Positions 52,916 through 64,000 of a stretch of DNA of 64,000 bases are shown piece by piece. The DNA lies in NCBI GenBank assembly GCA_951406725.2, contig OX597834.1:8804001-8868000 (forward strand), written 5' to 3'. Position numbers and translations under genes: made by a program. The notes below the pieces were generated by a model. That model saw nothing but the letters and a program-made list of their open reading frames with translations, made no database searches and had not been told where the DNA came from. This DNA is from Octopus vulgaris (lineage: Eukaryota). The first letter of the stretch is position 1; the number at the start of each line of letters is the position of its first letter.

Positions 52916-53109
52916 GTCAACTTGAGAACTACACAACCAATTTTATTCAAATTTTACACATGCCTTACTTAGGGTCCATGTAGCGTCATGGGCAAAAAAT
53001 CTTTATCTCCTTGCCTAGGGCAAGCCCACAGCAATATCATATATTCTCCACTATTTCAGTATTACATGTTAAAAGTGAAACAAAAACATCTCTCTATTGT
53101 ATGTATATG

Positions 53110-53158
<49 letters not shown>

Positions 53159-53838
53159 CAAAATATAAAGTTATATCTTGAAATCGTTAGTGACAACAAC
53201 GCTCAAAATATATAACAGACTGGAATAGTAATGCTCAAATGAGCTGTATACACATTTTAATCAGTGGGGATGCAATGCGAGCAGCAAGTACAAGAACACT
53301 ACAGAATCCACAGCCCGACGTTTAGAAATATATAGTAATATATAAATATATAAACATCATATAAAAATATATTGTACGCATAAGATCCACTCAGGGTTCC
53401 ATAAGAAATTTAGAAATAAAAATTGCAATAAAAGTTGGAGGTAATAATAACAGTTGAATTAAATATAGTAAATATAGTAAGTAGTAATTAAATACATTTT
53501 ATTTTATTAAAGTGGTAATTAAATCGTAATATAACAATTAAAATTAAAAAATAGCAATTAGTATAAAATGTATTAAGGACTAGAACTCGAATATGTGGCT
53601 TTGCATGAATGGGAGAAATTAAAAGATAAAAAATTTAATTGGGGGCAGAAGTGAATTAATCCAGATGGCGCTGTGCGCGCATACCATTTACTAAAGCTGC
53701 TAGATTGAATTATATGCTTATAAAGTAGCATTCAGTATCTATGAGAATTTTTGGGAGTACGTAATGTCTGGTCTTTCGCATGTAGCAGGTATGTAATTGT
53801 GCATATGTTTCCGTGTACTATGTGTTGTGTGTAAAAAA

Positions 53839-53918
53839 CATCCTGACGAGGGGAGTGTCAATTTTAGATATATTATGTTTCATATTAATTGGCGCATCTC
53901 CGAAACGGCCCGTAGATG
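53839..53918 (+). ncRNA. Type I hammerhead ribozyme motif, intact core
   Basis: catc CTGACGA ggggagtgtcaatt...aattggcgcatctcc GAAA cggcccg TA gatg. Confidence 0.82.
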
Positions 53919-54069
53919 AACTTTTATATATTTTTGTAAATTTGTATGTTTATCTTCTATGTATTTTTCTTTTATTACCCCAAATTTTTAATTTAACAAA
54001 TTTATACCAAACTAGTCTATGATCCAGCAACGCCGGGTCATAATGCTAGTATAAACATATATATATGTA

Positions 54070-54607
54070 TATATATATAAACAATTGCAGCGTTCTGTCT
54101 GTTTCTGTGTGTGTCTTCTAGGATCTCAGGCATCCTCCATCCGATTGCGCTCAAATTTGATTAGTAGATACCGACGGTATCTACATGTATATATCTTGAA
54201 AGAATTACAAAAAACGATTCCAAGTAAGAATGCGATAGAGAAAGCCGTTTTGGTCCTGTTTTTTCTTCCATCAACCTGTACATAAATGGACTTCCGTTTT
54301 TTGTTATTTTTGTACTGTTTAAAGGCACGTTTCTTTCCAGTCAAGCTTACTGTTTAAACCATGTTTGTGTCCCAGTCAAGAGCCTTATCATTGCTGGTAC
54401 TTTAAACTCTTCGGCTGCATATTTGTGTGAATAAAATCGTTTTCTAAAATCTTTATTTCTTGTTTTGCTGGTGTCTTAAATTTAAGTTAAATCAGTTTTT
54501 CTCAAAGGGAATGCCTATGGGACGGTCGATCAAGTTGTGTTGAGAAAATTTGGTTTAAATGTTTGACAACCCAGCACCGTCCATTGGACGGGGGGCATTT
54601 TGCTCGT
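54070..54607 (+). mobile_element. Non-autonomous Helitron-like element, preceded by an orphan Helitron 3' end at ~54021-54050
   Basis: TATATATAAA start, (TGTC)-like tract, 3' hairpin ccgtccattggacgg then 'ctcgt'. The upstream 'cagcaacgccgggtcataatgCTAGt' resembles 31090-31113. Confidence 0.6.
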
Positions 54608-54623
54608 ATATATATATATATAT

Positions 54624-54686
54624 AGATAACCAAAGAGATGGTGTTGTGGATTTCCACTTCGGCATCCGAAACTCAGAGTTTTATCT
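54624..54686 (+). ncRNA. Hammerhead-like motif (core CCAAAGA, decayed); paralogue of 58854
   Basis: agataa CCAAAGA gatg...catc c GAAA ctc-a-gag TT ttatct, directly after (TA)n. Confidence 0.55.
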
Positions 54687-55204
54687 TGACTTTTGAATAT
54701 TTGTAACATATTATTTTACAGATAAATTTCCTCTATTTACATAATATTGAGGTCTCTATCTTTCTTTTGTTATCTTACCGTTTTTACCAATATTTATATA
54801 TATATATATATATATATACATATGCATACATAAACACATATACACTCACACATATACATATGAATATATACATGGACATATATATATATAAAGATACATG
54901 TACACACACACATGGAGACATATATACATACACGTCGTGTTTGAATTTTACCTTATAGTTACTTTCTATAACAATGTTAGTGCATATTTCGACTTCACTT
55001 TGCAGAAAATTTTCCCATGTTTTACAAATTTAAGCTTAAGTTTCGCCAACTTTTATTTTTATTCTTATTGTTCACTCATTATGCTATATTAATTTATTGT
55101 GCAATTTCCTTCGTTTAACATTTTCCTATTATATATACCAGACAGTTTTTAAAAGTGCTTGCGTATATATGTTATATTTATCTTGAGGTGAAGATATGTC
55201 TCGC

Positions 55205-55436
55205 TATATATATATGTATGTGTGTGTGTGTGTGTGTATATGTGTGTGTATATATATATGTGTGTGCGTATATATATATATTTGTATATATATATATTTG
55301 TATATATATATATATATGTGTATATATATATATATGTGTATATATATATATTTATATGTGTATATATATATATTTATATGTGTATATATATATATTTATA
55401 TGTGTATATATATATATTTGTATATATATATATATA

Positions 55437-55469
<33 letters not shown>

Positions 55470-55470
55470 G
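55205..55470. repeat. (TA)n/(TG)n microsatellite
   Basis: Seen directly. Confidence 0.95.
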
Positions 55471-56439
55471 GGCATGTCTTTGCGTACATATTTATTTGTA
55501 TATTTGAATGTGTGTGTATGTTTGTATTAATTTTATGTGTCTCTCTCAGGCCGAACGTACTTTCGTTAAATATTTAGAGGAACGCCAATCATTTCACTCT
55601 CACTACCTCTATCTGCTTTTCTCCCCTTTCTTTCTCTAATTTTCTTCTTTTACTTTTTCCCCTTGTTTTCTTTATTCACACTTTCGTCTTGTTTTCCTCT
55701 GATTCTTTTCTTCCTTTTCTTTCTTTTACCTGTAACAACTAAGTTGTATAAGCATTCAGCAGGTGGGTATGTGCGCATGAGTATGTCTGCGTGTATACAT
55801 ATGTATGCATGTTTTGCCTATATATGTCTGTATACGTATGTAACCATGTACCTACGTCTGTATGTTTAGTGTATGTACGTATATTATAGATTGTTTCGTA
55901 TGTGCATGTATTGCTAAATGTATATGTATTTTAACGTGAAAAACGTTTTAACGGATACATCTTTTAAATTATTAATTTATTGTTTTTATAGCTAATTATT
56001 TACCCTAGGTATTGGGGCATGTTTACTTTTTCATAAACTATTTTCGATTTAAGGTTTTCTTCGATTTTTTAAACCGCAATTTGTTATTTCTCGTTACGTT
56101 ACCTATTATTGAAAAGACCAGTAGTTGAAAGGACCAGGGAAGCAAAAGCCATTTTCAAATGTATATCTATGAAAGTAATTCTGTTTGAGCATATAACGTT
56201 CTCTTGTTCTGTTCTGAACAAAACTGTCCGCCGAACCGGATCGTGAAACTCTGAGTAAGTTTTTGTGATATTTGTGATTAATGCAGCATATTATTCTACC
56301 ACTGATATTGGAGTACCCTTTTTCTCCCACCTTTTTTCGCATTTATGTGCTTACTCTCCTGTAAACCGCTCCTTTTTTTTAGAAAGTTTGAGCGACTCAC
56401 CACAAGTAGGAAGAAAAAAACTACTGGAAAAATTGGAAC

Positions 56440-56935
56440 TTTACCCATTAGATTTCCCCCTAAAATATATATACCCATCTCGGTACAGAACCAATACCTC
56501 AAAAATCTTATCGAAAAACTGGATAATTTTATCCGAAGTATAATATGGAAAGCCTTCTTCTTTGATACAAAGCGGAAATCTAACGGCATCAAACATGACC
56601 TTAAATCTAAAAATACATCTCGTATTTTGAATCGGAAACCTTTGAAAAAATTCTTTTCGAGCTTATGTGAAGAATTACATTCCGAAAATTCAACAACCAA
56701 ATCCAGAGAGATGTGAAGGAAAAAATTAGAGACATAAAGAACACGGATTAGATCTTTGTAAACTTCCACAAAACAAAAGTCTTATACGTAGTTGACAAAA
56801 ATGTTTATAAACGTCTACTAAAGAACAGCATTACGGACACCTACAATAAAGATAACACAAATTTATATAAATAGGTGTGTTTGGAGATACGAAGAATTGC
56901 TAACAATCTTAAAGTTAAGAATAGGATAGAATAAC
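56440..56935 (+). pseudogene. Penelope-like element ORF N-terminal fragment, decayed
   Basis: IPISVQNQYLKNLIEKLDNFIRSIIWKAFFF, KTKVLYVVDKNVYKRLLKNSITDTYNK and RRIANNLKVKNRIE resemble, from memory, the pre-RT region of invertebrate PLE proteins (NIPIPS..LIEK..RMRWKAxFF; ADKTxNLY..YxKLLxxNITxxYKK). Confidence 0.7.
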
Positions 56936-57368
56936 TCCCTACTCACGTCACCTCAGAAGAGGGGAGGAGTTGAAGTAGGCAGAAGAAATAAGGAAAGAAA
57001 TCAGAGGGACCAAATAATGAAAGGGAGGATCACAGAATGTGAAGAAAGGAGAGAGAGAGAGAGAGAAAGAAAGAAACAAGTTAAGGAAGGAAGTCAAAAG
57101 AGAATGAGATAAGAGGGAGGGGGAAAAGGATTAAGGAATACCAGAGAGGGAGAGAGAGAGGGGGCACAGAAAACAGAAATAGATGAGGATGGACTCTCTC
57201 AACCGCTAACTGTATTTCCCATTCTCTCAATTTTGTTTCTTTTTCTTGTATTTCTTTTTCTTCTTTTCCCCGTTTTCTTCTCCTCACCCCTACTTGTTAT
57301 CCTATGACTTTTAACCTTTCTTTCTTTCGCTTGTAACAACTGAAACATCTCCGTTCACTTCATCATCC

Positions 57369-57424
<56 letters not shown>

Positions 57425-57529
57425 ATCACACAGAGTTGGCGGCATTCAGTATAACCACAGGCTTTCAGCTGAAAGTAGTGAAAGAGTAGAATTTTTATAT
57501 ATCATGGAGTGATATATATGTGTATAGAT

Positions 57530-57785
57530 ATATGGATGTATGGATAGACAGGTAGATAGATGGATAGACAGGTCGATGGATGGATAGATAGACAGGTAGA
57601 TAGACAGATAGACAGGTAGATAGATAGATGGATGGATAGATAGACAGGTAGATGGATGGATAGACGGGTACATGGATGGATAGACAGGTAGATGGATAGA
57701 TAGACAGGTGGATGGATGGATTGATAGATAGACAGGTGGATGGATGGATGGATGGATGGATAGATAGATAGATAGAGGGATGGAG
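57530..57785. repeat. (GATA/GATG/GACAGGTA)n compound microsatellite
   Basis: Seen directly. Confidence 0.9.
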
Positions 57786-58777
57786 AGAGAGTGAGAGAGG
57801 TAGATACTTTCTCAAAAGAGTATCTGAGGCACCGTTGTGAGATGGATGCTTCGGAGAAGTTGTCCTGGAAAGTAATCTACAAGACCCCTACTATATGTTT
57901 TGTCTATACTTCAAGCCTCATAACACATACAAGAACTACATGTTGCTTTGTACGATTTGTTTTAGGAATCAATAATTTTAGAGTTTTATATTAAATCACG
58001 TTTGAAATATATGAAAGTCACATAAATATTTTCTGTTTTTACATCTCTACACCTCATCAGTATAATCAATACTCTGGTTCTCACATAGATTATTTTCCAA
58101 AATTTTAATACCTAACCAAAATGTACGTACGTTTCATATTTTCGTTAATGTAGTTTATTCGTAACAATTTTTTTTTACTTTTTCTACATCTTACAACTGT
58201 GATATTTGTTGATTTGGAAAAGCAGTAATTCATTTATTTTCAAAACATCTCATATACTCTCTAGACAGTGAAGTAGACAGCTTTCGCAAATAATTCATTG
58301 CAAATGAATTATTTCAAAGTTATTTTTCCATAGATGAATATAAAACGTCTTATATTTGCGCTATATAACATCTTCTTTACCATATGAATGATTATAAATA
58401 TTGATGAAACAACTCACAAAACGGAATGAATATCAAGCCATATATGGTATTTGAAAATTAACAGAAATGACACTTCAGCTATCACCACATCTTACAAAGC
58501 GGTAATTCAAGGAGACATGTTAGCCTTTCATAATGACCACTAAAATTGACGAAAATTACTGCACTATTGCAAATCACACGATATCGGTTAATAAAGCTGA
58601 GCCAATTTTTAAATAACATCACAAGAATACGTAATACGTTAAGTTCGTAAAGATATATTTTTTTCTATATGCATGCAAACATTAACACCTACGCTGGCGT
58701 GCGCGCACCCGGACACACAACAAACATGTAAATATATTTGTGCGTGTATGGGGTATGTGTAAATATATGACTGTGTG

Positions 58778-58817
<40 letters not shown>

Positions 58818-58853
58818 TCTGTAAATTAATATGTTGCCATTATTCAATAGCTA

Positions 58854-58916
58854 AGATAAAACTCTGAGTTTCGGATGCCGAAGTGGAAATCCACAACACC
58901 ATCTCTTCGGTTATCT
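58854..58916 (-). ncRNA. Type I hammerhead-like motif with CCGAAGA (U4C) core
   Basis: Reverse complement: agataa CCGAAGA gatg-gtgttgtggatttccacttcgg-catc c GAAA ctc-a-gag TT ttatct. Confidence 0.65.
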
Positions 58917-60241
58917 GGCCATCTCAAAAACTTTATGAAAAAATACCGTTATTCAAAGGGAAATTACTGTGTTATAATTCCGCTACTTATCTAAATTAAG
59001 GTTAAAAGTTCATAGTTAACACGTAAGCATGGCTAATCATACACTCACATGTGCTCTCGGGTGTCCACGTGGGTAAGTATACGTCACTATGAAAACGTAC
59101 GCATCTTCACTCGCATTTTTAACAGAAATGTATACGCATATATATATACAAACTCATACACACCAGCATCGGTTGTCAAGCAGTGCTAGGGACACACACA
59201 CATATATATACATATACATGTTTTCGTATTTCTCTTAACATGAATGCCATGAAAGCTTTAATTCACAAATAAAGAAATCTTATGAACAAATGCAGTGTTG
59301 GTCACTAACTTTCATTATTAGACATTTATGTATATCTATCCATCGACATACATACACACACACATATAAATATACATACATACATACACATATACTTATA
59401 CATATACTTACACATATACATACACATATACATACATATATACATACATACACACACACATACACACACATACATAGCCATAGACATACATAGCCATAGA
59501 CATACATAGACATACACATACATTGACATACACATACATTGACATACACATACATAGACATACACATACATAGACATACACATACATACACATACATAGA
59601 CATACACATACATACACATACACAGACATACACATACACAGACATACACATACATAGTCATATACATACATAGACAAACACATACTTATACATACGTACA
59701 CATGCATACACATACATATGTATATATAAGCAACCATACTGCTGACTCTAACATATAATGAAGAATTCTGTACAAAATATATTTGTGCAAATAGCTATAG
59801 TTTGATTCCATATGGACATCTTTGTACTCTGAATCTCCAATATAAGGAACAGTTTTGGCTTAACAACTACAATACCATCGAGATATTAATATATATATAT
59901 TATGTCAACAACATAACCGAAGAATAATATATTTTATATCATTACATCCTCTGCAAATATATACTTTTGTTTTTCGCTTTTATTGCGTGATTCCGCTTTT
60001 GTCGTATAATGAACGCTTTTATAGGATTGCATTGGTGTGGCCAAGGATATGGTGTAGGCGTGTTTGTACATATTTGTCAGAAAATAGTTATTATGAAATA
60101 TGTAGTCTACCTCCTCAAATGTGCATATTACAAAATATCTACAGAATCGTAAGTGTATTTGTTAGGAAACAATTTCGACTCTAACATCTGAACCTGATGT
60201 ATCTAATCCAAATATTGAAGATCTATTTAATTGCATAAAAT

Positions 60242-61086
60242 CACACACACACACAGACACGAACACACACCAACGCACACCCCCACACGAACACCCACCC
60301 ACGCATACACACCCACACACACACACACTCACGCACACACACCGACGCACACACACTCACGCACACACACCGACGCACACACACCGACGCACACACACCG
60401 ACGCACACACACCGACGCACACACACCGACGCACACACACCGACGCACACACACACCGACGCACACACACACCGACGCACACACACACCGACGCACACAC
60501 ACACCGACGCACACACACACCGACGCACACACACACCGACGCACACACACCGACGCACACACACCGACGCACACACACCGACGCACACACACCGACGCAC
60601 ACACACCGACGAACACACACCGACGCACACACACCGACGCACACACACCGACGCACACACACCGACGCACACACACCGACGCACACACACCGACGCACAC
60701 ACACCGACGCACACACACCGACGCACACACACACACGCACACACACCGACGCACACACACACCGACGCACACACACCGACCACACACACACACCGACGAA
60801 CACACACCCACACGAACACACACCCACACGAACACACACCCACACGAACACACACCCACGCGAACACACACCCACGCGAACACACACACACGCGAACACA
60901 CACACACGCGAACACACACACACACGAACACACACACACACGAACACACACACACACACACACGAACACACACACACACACACGAACACACACACACACG
61001 AACACACACACATGCACAAACACACACACATGCACAAACACACACGGACACGAACACACACACACACACACACACACACGAGCGCG

Positions 61087-61117
<31 letters not shown>

Positions 61118-61118
61118 G
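60242..61118. repeat. (CA)n-derived minisatellite with CCGACG and CGAA interruptions
   Basis: 12-14-bp units ccgacg(ca)n over ~60340-60780, switching to cgaa(ca)n. Confidence 0.95.
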
Positions 61119-61217
61119 TGTACACCTGTTTAATTTCTTGAATATTTTATGGAAAAAAATAATTAGCTTTTCTGTTACTTTTGTTAAAACTTAATTTTAC
61201 AATCAAAAAGTGACATT

Positions 61218-61445
61218 GCATTATAACGTCTCACTGCAGGACGGCGTCCTGGCAGAACTGTTAGAACGCCTGACAAAATTCTTAGCGACGTTTCGTCCGT
61301 ATTTTCGTTCTCATTTGTAATTCCGCTGACAGAGACTTTGTTTTTCATAGTATCACGTCCATACAATAGGTACTCTTTGAACACTGGGGCCGATGTAATT
61401 GACGTATTCCCTTCCGCTAGCTTGCTGTCCCTTTGCCAACATTTT
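61218..61445 (+). mobile_element. Old SINE family B-related copy
   Basis: 'ggcgtcctggcagaactgttagaacgcc...cactggggccgatgtaattgac'. Confidence 0.65.
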
Positions 61446-61954
61446 AAACCAATATTATGCATTGCTATTATGTGTATCATAATGTTATTCATTGTGACAA
61501 ATAAGTATTATGTAATATTATTCATAATGAATACTAGCTGTTAGTGTTATTACTATTTAATAGTTTCAATGTAGTTTATTGATTTTACTGTTAGATATTA
61601 CATTGCCGTCCAGAGGAAAAAAGAAACATTCCTCATAAATTTGATCGATTAGTTAGATCAAAGATATGCAAACGAAACCAGGGATACTGCCCGATCATAT
61701 CTAGTAACATCAATACAGTTTATGTACGTTTTCAACATTTTATTGCTGTTGACGTATGTTTTATATTTCTGTCGGTCAATGAACTGCGGATGTTCTGGGG
61801 GGAGATCTTGGAGTTTATATAGAACATACAGACAACAGGATATTGTGTTTCAAGTCCGGTATAAAGACACACTATCACAGAAAAGGTAACACATGCATAA
61901 CCATACACGCACAAATATAAACACACACACACACACACACACATTGACACATTT

Positions 61955-62110
61955 GTCTCAGGCCATGCTGGAGCATCGAACTGAAGGTGTGTTAGACGAA
62001 GAAATCGACACCAGGACTTATTTTGTGTAAGACTAGTACTTATTCTATTGGTGTCTTTGACAAACCGCAGTTTACTTAGACGTAAAACAGAACAACATTG
62101 CTAGTCAGGA
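61955..62110 (-). mobile_element. SINE family A tail fragment
   Basis: 'ggccatgctggagca...aatcgacaccaggacttatt...tagtacttattctattgg'. Confidence 0.75.
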
Positions 62111-62365
62111 GATGATGGAGTGAAGAACACACATGCGCACACATATAAATGTACACGCACACACATATATATATGTGTATATATATGTGTGTATATACAT
62201 ATATGTGTGTATATGTGTATATACATATATGTGTGTATATACATATATATGTGTATATACATATATGTGTGTATATGTGTGTATATATATGTGTGTATAT
62301 ATATGTGTGTATATACATATATGTGTATATATATATGTGTGTATATACATAGATATGTGTGTGTG

Positions 62366-62440
<75 letters not shown>

Positions 62441-62830
62441 GGGCAGGCGCGGCTATGGTGGAAGAGAGAGAGAGAAAGAGTTAAATAGATAGATAGGTAT
62501 ATAGATATAATGAGAGAACAAGTAAACGGAATTCCCGGCATTTATTAACCACTATGATCGTTTTGACTCGGTCCCTCTCAGGTGAGGTTCTGTACCACTG
62601 GATATGGTGCATCATTCAGTGCAGATGTACCCCGTGAGGTGACTCGCTAAGATGTACCTCGCTCTTTAATCTCTGTTTCGCTTATTTCGGTGTGTATGCA
62701 TTTACATTTCTTTATATACCTGTGACCAGAGGCGTACGGGAGACATTGTGAGAGAAAATGATTTCGAATCCGGAACTGTTCTCTTATATGTAATAGAAAT
62801 GTTACCTACCACAGAATTGTGTGTGTGTGT

Positions 62831-62898
<68 letters not shown>

Positions 62899-63119
62899 CT
62901 TTCATTATTGCCCACAAGGGGCTAAACATAGAGAGGACAGACAAAGGGATTAAGTCGATTACATCGACCCCAGTGGGAAACTGGTACTTTTATTTATCGA
63001 CCCCGAAAGGATGAAAGGCAAAGTCGAGCTTGGCGAAATTTGAACTCAGAACGTAACGACAGACGAAATACCGCTAAGCATTCCGCCCTGCGCGCTAACG
63101 TGTCTGCCAGCTCGCCGCC
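62899..63119 (-). mobile_element. Full-length SINE family B
   Basis: Reverse complement of the family B consensus, ending 'ctgccagctcgccgcc'. Confidence 0.92.
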
Positions 63120-63491
63120 TTATATATATATAAAACACATACGTGCTCGATGTTACACTAAGAAACCTTCATAAAATGCCACGTATAAGGTTCAGAAACA
63201 AAATTCTTCATCACATGGAATTGTGTGTGTGTGTGTGTGTGTGTGTGAGTATATGTATTTGTATATTTATGTATATATAAACTAGTATAAGAATCCGTTT
63301 ATAGGTGTATAGATTCCATGTTGGCGGGGAAATTTTTACGAATTGCATTCACTAACCTCAGATGAATTCAATTGTTAAAATACAAATCAAGTCTATTTTA
63401 TCAACATCCAAATTGTCTTTCCGAATTCAAATATTTAATCTACTTTCGAAATAGCAAATTTAGCACGTCTATAAATATATATGCACACACA

Positions 63492-63544
<53 letters not shown>

Positions 63545-63647
63545 GTGTCGGTGTAAGTATACATATATATGTATATATATATATGTATATATACACACAT
63601 ATATATATATGTATATATATATGTATATATACACACATATATACATA

Positions 63648-63696
<49 letters not shown>

Positions 63697-64000
63697 AAAT
63701 ATTAGTTTTCACCCAGTCACGTTACAAACAAAATCACTCCACTTCATTGATCTGCTTCATTATTTCACACAATTAATACTCCATTTAAACACTTTTTTTT
63801 TTAGGGAAAGCAAAAGAATAAGTTTATTTTTCTCTACTTGCATTCTTATGGAAAAATAGATGCATAGATGTATCGCGTTCGTTCCGCTGAGCGATGATTA
63901 ATTAGCGAGTAAATATAAAGGAATTCTTTATTTTCTTCCATTTCTCAGAATTTTATCGTTTTTCTAATTCTATTCAACAATTGTCTGCGATTTTCTAGTG

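Noticed and set aside
60231-61133. 300-aa His/Thr and Cys/Val ORFs; CRISPR-like periodicity
   Set aside because: (CA)n-derived minisatellite with no unique spacers and no cas genes, in eukaryotic context.

Overview
AT-rich, microsatellite-saturated animal genomic DNA, most consistent with a coleoid cephalopod (Octopus-like). This is inferred from the repeat landscape and from SINE families recalled as octopus-type; it is not proven. No intact host gene is recognisable. Almost all ORFs in the supplied track are translations of (TA)n, (CA)n, (TATC)n, (TATG)n or (AAT)n tracts. The window is a transposon graveyard with at least three tRNA-derived SINE families, decayed mariner and pogo transposases, an R4/Dong-like LINE, RTE fragments, a Penelope-like RT fragment, two non-autonomous Helitrons and a MITE with 30-bp TIRs and an 8-bp TSD. 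The most interesting unannotated signal is a dispersed set of type-I hammerhead ribozyme (HHR) motifs, about six well-formed plus several decayed, lying in (TA)n-associated non-coding units. One is a 487-nt circularly permuted retrozyme/pLTR-like unit, one pair shows compensatory changes, and a CCGANGA (U4C) core variant recurs. A second theme is that different retroelements occupy different microsatellites: (AAT)n, (TATC)n and (TA)n. Several long foldback structures are also present. All coordinates were read by eye, and boundaries of degraded elements are approximate.
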